The notes: a model not told the origin generated them from the sequence alone. Shown: positions 10,898 through 21,867, counted from the stretch's first letter. The stretch: DNA of 64,000 nucleotides from Clostridia bacterium (GCA_022791325.1 JAAVYV010000019.1:640-64639), one strand, 5' to 3'. Made by a program: numbers and translations.

Positions 10898-10929
10898 GCA
10901 AAAGTCGTTTGACTTTTGCAATTTTTTAT
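10898..10929 (+). terminator. Rho-independent terminator after 10469-10828 ORF
   Basis: GCAAAAGTC-GTTT-GACTTTTGC followed by AATTTTTTA. A second 49-nt hairpin (10928-10976) follows. Confidence 0.55.
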
Positions 10930-11060
10930 CTTCTTAGGAAAGTCATCCGCGATAGCGGTGAGTTTCCTAAGAAGATAGTTATGGAAGAATTAGATTTTCT
11001 TAGCGAAGAATGAGCTTAGAAAATTTTATTCTTGTTTTTTATTGTATAGTGTTATACATA

Positions 11061-11485
11061 TTAAAAAAATTCAATATGCAACTCCCTATAATCAGGATTA
11101 TCATCACTTTTCCTAAAAGTAATTTTAGTATAGTTTTTAGGAAGAATGCTTTCAATAATTTCACCCCATTCAATAAGACAAATACCATTTTCAAAATATT
11201 CTTCTCCACCAATAGCATAAAACTCATCAACATCATCTAAACGGTAAACATCAAAATGATAAATATTCATATTTTCAGTATGATGCTCATTTACAACAGT
11301 AAAAGTAGGGCTAGAAATTTCATCACCAACACCAAAAAAATCTAAAACTCCTTGGGTAAATTTGGTTTTACCGTGACCCAAGTTCACCACTTAAAACAAC
11401 AATATCACCGCTTTTTTAAATTTTTAGCAAAATCTTTAGCAAAATTAATTGTATCTTGTTCATTTTTTGAAATAAATTTATCCAT
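11061..11485 (-). CDS. tsaE: tRNA threonylcarbamoyladenosine biosynthesis ATPase TsaE (YjeE), with two apparent +1 frameshifts (plus-strand positions about 11410 and 11373)
   Basis: Removing one C before GG at each site restores MDKFISKNEQDTINFAKDFAKNLKKGDIVVLSGELGSGKTKFTQG (P-loop) followed by ...FDVYRLDD. All three frames are used as the sequence stands. Confidence 0.75.
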
Positions 11486-11655
11486 ATAAAAACTCCTTAC
11501 TAATTGATAATATCATTTTATAACAATTAAGAATATTTGTAAATAATTAAAAAGAAATACTTTATAAAGACTTGAAAAATTATGTTAAATATAGTATTAT
11601 ATTATTATTAAAAATTTAATATAGCAAATTATAAACAACAAAAGGAGGAAGCAAG

Positions 11656-12138
11656 ATGGAACAAATTATTAAAATGGCACAAAATGTTTATGAAAGACGG
11701 ATTTCAAAAACAATGGAACTAAAAGAACAAGAAAATGCAGAAAAAAATGCAGAAGAGGAAAGAATAGGAAAAGAGGCAAAAGAATTAGGAAAATTAGTGA
11801 TAAGACTCTTTGGAGCTTCTAATAAAGAAGAAGGAGATTATCGCATAAGCAATATTATGTTGCGTAAATCAAACCAAACTTGTAATATACTTTGTACAGT
11901 CAGATTTGAAAAAGACAAATATGAAGTACCACAATATAAAGGGTATATGGAACTGATAAATTTACCATATATTTCAAAGGCTATTGATAAAATAAATAAC
12001 CAAAAGTATGATGCAAAGGTACTATATGAAACTATGAATATTATTAGTGAAATAGAAAATTATTATATTTCTGGCTGGAGCGAAGGTGATTATAAAGCTT
12101 CTGAGAAATGTGCAGAATTAGTTACTTTTGCAATGTAA
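11656..12138 (+). CDS. Hypothetical protein
   Basis: 160-aa ORF with RBS AAAGGAGG. Followed by terminator hairpin 12181-12207. Confidence 0.4.
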   Translation: MEQIIKMAQNVYERRISKTMELKEQENAEKNAEEERIGKEAKELGKLVIRLFGASNKEEGDYRISNIMLRKSNQTCNILCTVRFEKDKYEVPQYKGYMELINLPYISKAIDKINNQKYDAKVLYETMNIISEIENYYISGWSEGDYKASEKCAELVTFAM

Positions 12139-12180
12139 ATTATAATTTGCTAAAAATAACGAACAATGTAGTTAGAAACA

Positions 12181-12207
12181 AAAAGCGGAGAAATCTTCGC
12201 TTTTTGT
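12181..12207 (+). terminator. Rho-independent terminator
   Basis: AAAGCGGAGAAATCTTCGCTTTTTG. Confidence 0.5.
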
Positions 12208-12394
12208 TTGTTTATTAAATGTCAATGGGGACTGAGCTTTTTGACAATTTTGTTAACTTAATATGGTATATAAAACTTATACTGGATACTTGACTATTGG
12301 ATGTATAACCAATATAATGAAAATAACAAAAATGAAAGTTGTAACATAAATTTATACAAAGTAACAAATAATAAAGAAATAGGAGGAACAAAAG

Positions 12395-13870
12395 ATGATA
12401 AAAAAAGTGAAAAATGAAAAAGAAAATAAATGTGCTAATATTAATAAATACAAAAATAGTATAAAAATATTAAGTAGTGAAAATATTGCAATAACATTAA
12501 TATCACTAGTAATAACAATAATTCTACTAATAATATTAGCAGGAATAGTAATAAATATAAGTATAGGAGAAAATGGATTATTCAAAAAAGCAAAATATGC
12601 CAAAAATGAATATTTAAATGCACAAAGTAAAGAGGAAGAAGAGCTAAATGAATTATATAAACAGCTTGGAGTAACAGAAAATTTGCCAGAAAACACAAAA
12701 GAAACTCAAGCAGGAACAACAGTTAAACTTCCAAGTAAATGGGAGAAATATACACCAGCATATGTAACAAATGAAAAAGGACAAGAAGTAATATCAAGTA
12801 AAAAAGTATCAAGTGTATATGCAGTAAGTGCAGGAAATGGAGAAACAGTTCCAATACCATATGGTTTTTACTATGTAGGAGGAAACTTAGGAAGTGGAGT
12901 AGTAATATCAGATAATAAGGAAGATAAAAACAAGTATGCAGGGGAATCAGATGTACCAAATGGAGTAAAAGTAGAAAATGGAAAATTTGTAGATATATTA
13001 AAAGGAAACCAATTTGTATTTATACCATGTACACAAAGTGAATATCATAAAACAAATTGGGCAAATGGAAAACAAGGGAATGTATCCGGAGTAAGTGATT
13101 GTTACTGGGGAATAGAGATAAGTACTTTAGAATTAGCACAAATAAAAAAGTATGAAGGATTTTATGTAGGTAGATATGAGGCAGGCTTACCAACAAGCCA
13201 AGATGGATTTACAGGAGAGAATGCATTTGAATCAGCATTATCAACAACAAGCAGTACACTAGTAGGAGGTTCAACACAATATAATAGTACAAAAATACCA
13301 ATATCAAAAGCAGGAAGAGAACCATGGAATTTTATAGACTATAATAATTCATGGGCAAGTGCACAAAAAATGTATACTACTCACAGTGTACAAAGTGGAC
13401 TAATAACAGGAACTCAGTGGGATGTAATGTTAAATAAAATAGTAAGTATAGATGAAACTAAAAATTTAACAGACTCAAAAACGTGGGGAAACTATGCATT
13501 AGGTGAAACATTTAATTATACAGGAAAAACAGCAGAATATAATAAAGCTGATAATAAATTATATGGATATGGAGAAATAGAGGAAAATAAAACTAAAATG
13601 AATAATAGTAATAAGTTATTAACAACAGGAGCAAGTGAACACAATAAGGCATATAATTTATATGATGTAGCAGGAAATTTATATGAATGGACAGAGGAAA
13701 GTGCTGTAATTTCAAGTTCTTTAGAAACACTTGCAACAAATAGAATTGTTCGTGGAGGAAGTTTTGTAAATACTTCAAATAGTACACCTGCAATTATGCG
13801 TGCGGGGAATCTTTTAGGAACAAGTAGTAACTATTTTAATGGGTTTAGAACAGTATTGTATATAATATAA
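12395..13870 (+). CDS. Membrane-anchored protein with C-terminal formylglycine-generating-enzyme (FGE-sulfatase/SUMF1) domain
   Basis: N-terminal hydrophobic anchor. C-terminal motifs YDVAGNLYEWT and RGGSF are characteristic of the FGE-sulfatase family. 491 aa. Confidence 0.6.
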   Translation: MIKKVKNEKENKCANINKYKNSIKILSSENIAITLISLVITIILLIILAGIVINISIGENGLFKKAKYAKNEYLNAQSKEEEELNELYKQLGVTENLPENTKETQAGTTVKLPSKWEKYTPAYVTNEKGQEVISSKKVSSVYAVSAGNGETVPIPYGFYYVGGNLGSGVVISDNKEDKNKYAGESDVPNGVKVENGKFVDILKGNQFVFIPCTQSEYHKTNWANGKQGNVSGVSDCYWGIEISTLELAQIKKYEGFYVGRYEAGLPTSQDGFTGENAFESALSTTSSTLVGGSTQYNSTKIPISKAGREPWNFIDYNNSWASAQKMYTTHSVQSGLITGTQWDVMLNKIVSIDETKNLTDSKTWGNYALGETFNYTGKTAEYNKADNKLYGYGEIEENKTKMNNSNKLLTTGASEHNKAYNLYDVAGNLYEWTEESAVISSSLETLATNRIVRGGSFVNTSNSTPAIMRAGNLLGTSSNYFNGFRTVLYII

Positions 13871-13873
13871 GAA

Positions 13874-13908
13874 AAAAGAGTCATTGATTCCCTCATTGAC
13901 TCTTTTTT
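13874..13908 (+). terminator. Rho-independent terminator after FGE-domain gene
   Basis: AAAAGAGTCATTGA-TTCCC-TCATTGACTCTTTTTT. Confidence 0.6.
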
Positions 13909-13983
13909 CTTAGACTGATAAAGTTACTTTACTATTTAACTGTAAAAAACATTAGAATTCACACAAAATTTACACCTATTTCA

Positions 13984-14012
13984 TTGACAATTAAAAATAT
14001 GTAAAATATAAT
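13984..14012 (+). promoter_or_regulatory. Consensus sigma-A promoter TTGACA-17-TATAAT upstream of ABC exporter operon
   Basis: Perfect -35 and -10 hexamers with a 17-nt spacer, about 90 nt upstream of ATG 14101. Confidence 0.6.
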
Positions 14013-14100
14013 ACAAAGATGAAAATTTTATGTTGTCAATAGTGAATGGGTAACCTTTCTTAAATTGTTTCAACATTATTAACAGAAAGGAAAAAGTAAA

Positions 14101-16521
14101 ATGTTTAAAATATTAAAAAATCTAAAAAAGTCAGCATTATCAGTTGCAATAATCGTATTACTTTTATGTGTGCAAGCATGGGCAGATTTAACTCTTCCAG
14201 ACTATACCTCTAAAATAGTTAATGTGGGTATACAACAGGGGGGAATTGAAAATTCTGTACCTGAGGCAATTCGCAAAAGCCAAATGAATAAACTTCTAAT
14301 TTTTACAAAAGATGATGAAAATATTTTAAGTAAATATATATTAATTTCAAAGAATTCTTTAGAGGAAAAAGAATTTAATAAGTATGTGAAAAAATATCCA
14401 GCGCTAGAAAGTGAAGATTTATACATAATAAATGAATTAAGTAAAGACGAACTAAATGAGTTAGGAACATTAATGGCAAAGCCACTTATGATTCTTTCAA
14501 ATGTAACAAATGAGCAAACTGCGGAGAAAATAAAAGAACAGTTAATAAATACTATGCAAGGGATGCAAGAATACAATGGTGAACAAGTAGAAAATATAAG
14601 CGGGTCGCCGATGGCGGCGACCCCTACAATGGGAACAAATAGAGAAGAGCAAACTGGGGCAGAAAATGGTATAGAGCAAATAGCACAAGAAATAAATGGA
14701 GATAATCTACCAATTCCGCCAGCAATAATGAATCAAATGAGCCTATTAGAACTATTAGGTGCAATGCCACAAGACCAGTTTGATGTTATGTTCGAAAAGA
14801 TAGAAGAAAGCCTAAATGGAATGAATGATTCAATTTTAGCACAAGCAGCAATAAATAGCGTAAAAGAAGAATACAAAGCTATAGGAATAAATACAGATAA
14901 AATTCAAAATGGATATATTTTTGTGTCAGGTCTTCAAATGCTAGGAATTGCATTAATTAGTATGATATCAGCAATTGTAATTATGCTATTATCTTCTAGA
15001 GTAGCAGCTAATTTAGGAAGAACTTTAAGAGATAAAGTATTCAAAAAAGTAATGAATTTCTCTACAAAAGAATTTAGAGAGTTTTCAACAGCGTCATTAA
15101 TAACAAGAAGTACAAACGATATTCAACAAATACAAGGTTTAATTTCTATGCTATTTAGAGTAGTTGTATATGCACCAATTATAGGAGTAGGTGGCTTTTT
15201 AAGAGTACTTGCTAACAGTGATACATCTATGGCATGGATTATAGGTTTTGCTATTTTATGTGTTATAGGAGTTGTATTAACACTATTTACAGTAGCAATG
15301 CCAAAATTTAAAATATTACAAGAATTAGTAGATAAACTAAACTTAGTATCAAGAGAAATATTAACGGGTCTTCCAGTAATAAGAGCATTTAATACAAGTA
15401 AAAGAGAAGAAGAACGTTTTGATAAATCGAATACAGACCTAATGAAAGCAAACATATTTGTAAACCGAGCCATGAGTATAATGATGCCAGCATTAATGTT
15501 TGTAATGAACTCTATAATGCTACTTATAATATGGGTAGGAGGCCACAAAGTTGATGAAGGTATAATGCAAGTTGGAGACATGATGGCATTTATACAATAT
15601 ACAATGCAAATAGTAATGAGTTTCCTAATGATTTCAATGATATCAATTATGCTACCACGTGCAGCAGTATCAGCAAAACGTATTAATGAAGTATTAGAAA
15701 AAGACTTAAGCATAGCTAATAAAGAAAAAATAAAAAGATTTAAAGAAGATAAAAAAGGTTTAGTAGAATTTAAAAATGTATGTTTCAGATATCCAGATGC
15801 AGATGAAGAAATGCTAACAGATATAAACTTTACAGCAAAAACAGGTGAAACAACAGCAATAATAGGAAGTACAGGAAGCGGAAAGTCAACAATAGTAAAC
15901 TTACTACCACGTTTTTATGATGTAACCAGAGGAGAACTTCTAATAGATGGCACAAACATAAAGGATGTACCTATAAAAGAACTAAGGAAAAAAATAGGTT
16001 TTGTACCTCAAAAAGGAATACTATTTTCAGGAACAATAAAATCAAACATAAAATATGGAAATCCTGAAATGAGTGACGAAGATATGATAAAAGCAGTTAA
16101 AATAGCACAAGCAGAAGAATTTATTTTAGCAAAAGAAGAAAAATACGACTCTCCTATTGCACAAGGAGGAAATAATGTATCAGGAGGTCAAAAACAACGT
16201 TTATCAATAGCAAGAGCAATTGCAATATCACCAGAAATATTAGTATTTGACGATAGTTTTTCAGCATTAGACTTAAAAACAGACAAGGCACTAAGGGACG
16301 CTTTAGCAAAAGAAGTAAAAGGGAAAACAGTAATAATAGTAGCACAGCGTATTAGTACAATAATGAATGCAGAGCAAATAGTAGTATTAGAAGAAGGAAA
16401 AGTAGTAGGAAAAGGAACACATGAAGAATTAATGAAAACATGTGAAACATATAAACAAATAGCAATTTCACAATTATCAGAAGAAGAACTAAATGGAAAT
16501 AACAGTAAGGAGGTGGACTAA
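14101..16521 (+). CDS. ABC transporter ATP-binding/permease subunit (type I exporter, heterodimer partner) with an unusually long extracytoplasmic insertion between TM1 and TM2
   Basis: 806 aa. Walker A GSTGSGKST, signature VSGGQKQRLSIARA, Walker B ILVFDDSFSALD. About 220 extra residues after TM1, containing an in-frame copy of the GGGTCGCCG..CGACCCCTACA repeat (14600-14628). Confidence 0.85.
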   Translation: MFKILKNLKKSALSVAIIVLLLCVQAWADLTLPDYTSKIVNVGIQQGGIENSVPEAIRKSQMNKLLIFTKDDENILSKYILISKNSLEEKEFNKYVKKYPALESEDLYIINELSKDELNELGTLMAKPLMILSNVTNEQTAEKIKEQLINTMQGMQEYNGEQVENISGSPMAATPTMGTNREEQTGAENGIEQIAQEINGDNLPIPPAIMNQMSLLELLGAMPQDQFDVMFEKIEESLNGMNDSILAQAAINSVKEEYKAIGINTDKIQNGYIFVSGLQMLGIALISMISAIVIMLLSSRVAANLGRTLRDKVFKKVMNFSTKEFREFSTASLITRSTNDIQQIQGLISMLFRVVVYAPIIGVGGFLRVLANSDTSMAWIIGFAILCVIGVVLTLFTVAMPKFKILQELVDKLNLVSREILTGLPVIRAFNTSKREEERFDKSNTDLMKANIFVNRAMSIMMPALMFVMNSIMLLIIWVGGHKVDEGIMQVGDMMAFIQYTMQIVMSFLMISMISIMLPRAAVSAKRINEVLEKDLSIANKEKIKRFKEDKKGLVEFKNVCFRYPDADEEMLTDINFTAKTGETTAIIGSTGSGKSTIVNLLPRFYDVTRGELLIDGTNIKDVPIKELRKKIGFVPQKGILFSGTIKSNIKYGNPEMSDEDMIKAVKIAQAEEFILAKEEKYDSPIAQGGNNVSGGQKQRLSIARAIAISPEILVFDDSFSALDLKTDKALRDALAKEVKGKTVIIVAQRISTIMNAEQIVVLEEGKVVGKGTHEELMKTCETYKQIAISQLSEEELNGNNSKEVD
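14600..14628 (+). repeat. Half-element of the TGTAGGGG family embedded in-frame in the ABC transporter CDS
   Basis: GCGGGTCGCCGATGGCGGCGACCCCTACA differs by one base from 4537-4565. Translated as SGSPMAATPTM in the long extracytoplasmic insertion. Confidence 0.7.
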
Positions 16522-16523
16522 GT

Positions 16524-18363
16524 ATGCCAGGACCAATGGGCGGACCTCGGAAGGGGACACGCAGGAAAAACAGTAGAAAAAGCAAAAGATTTTAAAGGAA
16601 CTACAAAAAAATTAATAAAAGACTATTTATCAAAATATAAAATAGCAGTAGCAATAGTAATAATCTTTGCAATAGGAAGCACAATATTTTCAATAGTAGG
16701 ACCAAAAATATTAGGAAATGCAACAACAGAAATATTTAATGGTTTAGTAAGCAAATTATCAGGAGGAGAAGGAATAAACTTTGGTAAAATAGGGGCAATA
16801 CTTTTAAGTCTGCTTACTCTATACCTAATAAGTGCGTTATTCTCACTAGTGCAAGGTTTTACAATGACAGGGGTATCACAAAGACTAACTTATAACTTAC
16901 GTAATGACCTAGCTAAAAAAATAAACAAATTACCAATGAGTTACTTTGACAAAAAAACAAAAGGCGAAGTTCTATCAATTGTTACAAACGATATAGACAC
17001 AGTCTCACAAAACTTAAACCAAAGTATTACACAAATAATAACAGCAATATGTACATTAATAGGAATATTAATAATGATGCTATCAATAAGTGTAGAAATG
17101 ACACTTATATCATTACTAATATTACCAGTTACAGTAGTAATAGTAAAAATAATAGTAGAAAAGTCACAAAAATACTTTAAAAAACAACAAGACTACTTAG
17201 GTCACGTAAATGGTCAAGTAGAAGAAGTATATGGAGGGCACACAATAGTAAAAGCATTTGGAGGAGAAGAGAAAGCCTTAGAAGAATTTAGAAAAGCAAA
17301 TAATGAACTATATTCTTCAGCTTGGAAATCTCAATTCCTATCAGGCCTAATACACCCAATAATGAACTTTATAGGAAATGTAGGTTATGTAGCGGTAGCT
17401 ATATTAGGTGGGTATTTAGCAATACAAGGAAAAATTACAGTAGGAAACATACAATCATTTATACAATATAACAAACAATTCACACAGCCAATAAACCAAA
17501 TAGCACAAGTATCAAGTATGTTACAAGCAATGGTCGCAGCAGCAGAAAGAGTATTTGAATTTTTAGAACAGCCAGAAGAAACAAAAGATATAGAAAGTCC
17601 AAAATCTATAAAAGGTCTAAAAGGAAATGTAACATTTGATCACGTACAATTTGGTTATGATAAAGACAAAATAATAATAAACGATTTTAGCGCAAAAATT
17701 AAAGACGGACAAAAAATAGCAATAGTAGGACCAACAGGAGCAGGGAAAACCACAATAGTAAAACTATTAATGCGTTTTTATGACGTAAACAAAGGTGCAA
17801 TATTAGTAGATGGAATAAATATAAAAGACTTTAAACGAGAAGACCTAAGAAAAATGTTCGGAATGGTACTTCAAGACACATGGCTATTTGGAGGAAGTAT
17901 AAAAGAAAATATACGTTACAGTAAGCCAGATGCTACAGACACAGAAGTAATAGAAGCAGCAAAAGCAGCACACGTACACCACTTCATAAAAACACTGCCA
18001 CAGGCATATGACATGATACTAGACGAAGAAACAAGTAATATATCAGCAGGTCAAAAACAATTGCTAACAATAGCAAGAGTAATACTAGCCGACCCAGAAA
18101 TACTAATATTAGATGAAGCAACAAGTTCGATAGACACAAGAACAGAATTACAAATACAATCAGCAATGGATAACCTAATGAAAGGCAGAACTAGTTTCAT
18201 AATAGCCCACCGTCTATCAACAATAAAAAATGCCGACCTAATACTAGTAATGAACCATGGAGATATAGTAGAACAAGGCTCACACGAAGAACTACTACAA
18301 AAAGGCGGATTCTACGCAGACTTATACAATAGCCAGTTCGAAGAAATAGAAGAGGAACGCTAG
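16524..18363 (+). CDS. ABC transporter ATP-binding/permease subunit (partner of the upstream gene), with an apparent +1 frameshift at 16548
   Basis: ATG at 16524 overlaps the upstream stop. After removing the C in CCT[C]GGAAG the ORF reads MPGPMGGPGRGHAGKTVEKAKDFKGTTKKLIKDYL..., a typical YheH/BmrD-like N-terminus. Walker A GPTGAGKTT, signature ISAGQKQLLTIAR. Confidence 0.85.
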
Positions 18364-18384
18364 GGACGGACCTTTAACCAAAGG

Positions 18385-18413
18385 AGATTTTTGGGACGCA
18401 TCCAAAAATTTCT
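18385..18413 (+). terminator. Terminator after ABC exporter operon
   Basis: AGATTTTTGGGACGCATCCAAAAATTTCT. Confidence 0.5.
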
Positions 18414-18590
18414 TAGTATTTAATAGAAAAATATTTCTTTATAGTGGGTAGCACTTTTGTCAACCTAGTCTTTAATGAATTTTTTTCTATACAAAATATA
18501 TTAAAAACAATTGAATAACCCAATCTCTACCAAAAGTCGATTGAATATTTTACTAAATAGTTATAAAATAACATCAAGGAGTGATACAAA

Positions 18591-19409
18591 ATGGATAATA
18601 TAAAATTTGGTAAATTCATACAAGAACTTAGAAAAGAAAAAAATATGACACAAAGGGAATTAGCAGAAAAACTAAATTTAACAGATAAAGCAATATCGAA
18701 ATGGGAAAGAGGAATTGGGTTCCCAGATATAGCTATGCTAAAACCACTATCTGAAATATTTAATGTTAGTATTATAGAACTTTTAAATGGACAAAGAGAA
18801 AATGTAAAGGAAATAGACCTAGATTCAAGAATACTAACAATACTAAATCAAAAAGAAAAAGAAAAAAATACAAAAGTAGGAAAGGTTATAGGTATAAGCT
18901 CTACTATAATTGTAGTATTAATTATAATACTATATATATTAGTATTTTCAAAAGGTGAGCTCAAAACATGGAACCCAATAAGAGCAGCAGTTGGATATAT
19001 AGAAGTTGTGTTTTTAGGGAAAGAATATGTAGAAGTAGGAAATATTCCAACAAAAACAATTTATGCGAATGGTAATTTTAATATAGAAGAATATATGGAA
19101 AAAAGAGGATATGAAAATGTAGGAGGAATAAAAACAGGAGATAATTTTTACGTAAAAGGAGAAAAACGTGTATTGGTAGAACGTTGGGCTGTAAGAGGTG
19201 TAGCAGTTTATGAATGGCATAAGGAGACATATTGCAGTAAAGAAAAAATAGAAGAACTAAGAAAAGAATATAAAGAAGTAAAAGAACGAGAAAAAATGCA
19301 TGCATTGAATGATAATAATCAAAAAGTAAATGGAATCCAAGGTACAGAGATAAATGAGCCAAGTATAGAAATACCTTTAAATATTATAATGCCAACAAAT
19401 TCAATATAA
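18591..19409 (+). CDS. XRE-family HTH transcriptional regulator with a transmembrane segment
   Basis: N-terminal Cro/C1 HTH (MTQRELAEKLNLTDKAISKWERG) followed by one TM helix. Confidence 0.75.
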   Translation: MDNIKFGKFIQELRKEKNMTQRELAEKLNLTDKAISKWERGIGFPDIAMLKPLSEIFNVSIIELLNGQRENVKEIDLDSRILTILNQKEKEKNTKVGKVIGISSTIIVVLIIILYILVFSKGELKTWNPIRAAVGYIEVVFLGKEYVEVGNIPTKTIYANGNFNIEEYMEKRGYENVGGIKTGDNFYVKGEKRVLVERWAVRGVAVYEWHKETYCSKEKIEELRKEYKEVKEREKMHALNDNNQKVNGIQGTEINEPSIEIPLNIIMPTNSI

Positions 19410-19519
19410 TAATAAAATAATTTATAAAAAAATTATAGATTTTATATCATATAAGTCTATGATTTTTTTGTTTCTTATGATATTATGGCCATAATAAAAT
19501 ATAAAAAAGGAGAACAAAA

Positions 19520-19960
19520 ATGGAAAAATTAGAAGTAACATTAGAAAAAGAAAACAATGACTATTTTAGAAAATGGATTATAGAAGAATGGAAACATCAC
19601 AATACAGTAGATCCAATATATCAATTAAGAATTATAAAACCAGAAGAACTAACTTTTGAAGAAAATGAAGAATATTATAAAATTATGTTTAATAATGAAA
19701 TGGTTGGTTTTATAGGAACAAAGAATTATCCGAAAGAACTATATTTATATAGATTTTATATAGATGAAAAATATAGAAATAAGGGAATAGGAACAATAGC
19801 ATTAAATCAAATAATAGGTATGGCAAAAAAACAAGATAAAGATATGTCACTAGAAGTAATGGGGGAGAATATAGCAAGAGACTTATATGAAAGATTAGGC
19901 TTTAAAACTCATTATAGGAGAATGGTATTAAAAATAAATGATGATATATTCCTAAAATAA
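19520..19960 (+). CDS. GNAT family N-acetyltransferase
   Basis: 146-aa acetyl-CoA-binding-like motif (RNKGIGTIALNQ). Confidence 0.65.
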   Translation: MEKLEVTLEKENNDYFRKWIIEEWKHHNTVDPIYQLRIIKPEELTFEENEEYYKIMFNNEMVGFIGTKNYPKELYLYRFYIDEKYRNKGIGTIALNQIIGMAKKQDKDMSLEVMGENIARDLYERLGFKTHYRRMVLKINDDIFLK

Positions 19961-19992
19961 TTCTTAAAAACTAAATAGATTGGAGTAAAATA

Positions 19993-20640
19993 ATGTCTAT
20001 ATTAAAACCACAAAAAATACTATTAGAAAATTTAAATAAAATAGAAAATTTAATAGAAGAAATACAAAAAGATGAAGAGATTGAAAACATTATTATTGAA
20101 GATTATAAAAAAGAAAACATAGAACTTGCAGATATAACAATAAAAAGAGCAATAATAAACAATACAGAAATTATGGGTAGTAATTTAGAAAAAGATACTT
20201 TTATAGATATACAGTTTAACAATTGCAACTTTTCAAATACTTCTTTTGATAATTGTAGTTTTATAAGATGTGAATTTAATAACTGCAAATTAACAGGCTG
20301 CAACTTTATTGAAAGTGGCTTATATGACATAGGTTTTATAGATACAAATATGAATTATACTAATTTATCAATGTCAAGTATGAAAAATATTCTATTTAAA
20401 AATACAATGCTAAGAAATAGCTGTTTTAATGAAAATGAAACAAAGAATATAATATTAAAAGAAATAGACTTGACAAGAGCACAATTTTTCAAAACAAGTC
20501 TAAAGGCAGTAGATTTATCAGATAGTATAATTGAAGGAATAGCAATATCAATAGAAGATATAAAAGGAGCAATAATAAATGAGTTTCAATCATTAGATTT
20601 AATCTATTTGTTAGGAATAAAAGTAAAAGATATAGATTAG
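19993..20640 (+). CDS. Pentapeptide-repeat protein (Qnr/MfpA-like size)
   Basis: 215 aa. Tandem A(D/N)LxX pentapeptide repeats (NCNFSNTSFDNCSFIRCEFNNCKLTGCNF). Confidence 0.75.
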   Translation: MSILKPQKILLENLNKIENLIEEIQKDEEIENIIIEDYKKENIELADITIKRAIINNTEIMGSNLEKDTFIDIQFNNCNFSNTSFDNCSFIRCEFNNCKLTGCNFIESGLYDIGFIDTNMNYTNLSMSSMKNILFKNTMLRNSCFNENETKNIILKEIDLTRAQFFKTSLKAVDLSDSIIEGIAISIEDIKGAIINEFQSLDLIYLLGIKVKDID

Positions 20641-20658
20641 AGAAAAGGAGGCAAAATA

Positions 20659-21186
20659 ATGAAAGAATTAATAGATGTGCTAGATGAAAATGGAAATAGA
20701 ATAGGAGAAATTTTAACAAAAGAACAAATACATAAGAAAGGATTATGCCATAAAATAGTTGTAATTACAATTATAGATGCAAAAGGATATATATTGATGC
20801 AACAACGTTCAAAAAGCAAAGCAGTGAATCCAGAAAAATGGGATGTGACAGTAGCAGGGCATGTGTCAAGTGGAGAAACTTCTAAACAAGCAGCAGTAAG
20901 AGAAATTTTAGAAGAAGTAGGAATAAGTATAAATGAAAAAGAACTTGAACATATACTAACATATAGAGATATAGAAAAAATAAAAGAAAATTATATTGAT
21001 AATCAAATTTACGATTGTTATATTGTAAAAAAAGAAAAAATAGAATTAAATGATATAAAAATACAAGAAAGTGAAGTTGAACAAGTAAAATTATGTAATT
21101 TAAAAGAATTTAATGAAATTGTATTAAATGAAAATATAATGAAAAGAGACGAACTCTATAAGAAAATTATAAAATATTTAAAATAA
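20659..21186 (+). CDS. NUDIX hydrolase
   Basis: Nudix box GHVSSGETSKQAAVREILEEVGI. Confidence 0.75.
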   Translation: MKELIDVLDENGNRIGEILTKEQIHKKGLCHKIVVITIIDAKGYILMQQRSKSKAVNPEKWDVTVAGHVSSGETSKQAAVREILEEVGISINEKELEHILTYRDIEKIKENYIDNQIYDCYIVKKEKIELNDIKIQESEVEQVKLCNLKEFNEIVLNENIMKRDELYKKIIKYLK

Positions 21187-21205
21187 TTATAGAGGAGGAA
21201 TAAAT

Positions 21206-21763
21206 ATGAAAATAGGAATAGATATAGATGATACGATGGCAGATACATTTGAATATTTGATGCCATATATAGCAGAATTTTTTAATGTAGATATAAAATA
21301 TTTGAAAGAAAACAATATTTCATATAGTAATCTGCCAAAAGAAATGAAAGAAAGAGAACTTGAATTTGCAAAAAAATATTATGATAAAGTTATTCCTAAT
21401 ACACCTTTCAAACCAAATGTTGCAGAATATATTGATAAAATAAAAGATTTAGGACATAAAATAATAGTTATTACAGCAAGAGACAAAACATTATATACAG
21501 ATGAATATAAAACAACGACTGAAGAATTGAAAAACAATAATATTCAATATGATAAATTAGTTTGTGATTTTGATAAAGCAAAGGTTTGCAAAAATGAAAA
21601 AATAGATTTATTTATAGATGATTCCATAGCAAATTGTAGCAAAGTCAAAGAACTAGGAATTGAAACTATATTATTTAATAGTAAAAGTAATATAGGAGAT
21701 AAGAATAGTTTTTATAGAGTTAATGACTGGAAAGAAATATATGAAAAAATAAAAAATTTATAG
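21206..21763 (+). CDS. HAD-superfamily 5'(3')-deoxyribonucleotidase-like protein
   Basis: N-terminal DxD-type motif (IGIDIDDT). 185 aa, similar in size and layout to NT5C/YqfW-like nucleotidases. Confidence 0.55.
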   Translation: MKIGIDIDDTMADTFEYLMPYIAEFFNVDIKYLKENNISYSNLPKEMKERELEFAKKYYDKVIPNTPFKPNVAEYIDKIKDLGHKIIVITARDKTLYTDEYKTTTEELKNNNIQYDKLVCDFDKAKVCKNEKIDLFIDDSIANCSKVKELGIETILFNSKSNIGDKNSFYRVNDWKEIYEKIKNL

Positions 21764-21867
21764 CTAAAATATTTATAGAGTAATACTAAAAATTCATATA
21801 ATTAATGAAAACTACTTTATAATTTGAATATAAAAAATTTAGAAAGTTTGAAAATTCTACGAAATCA

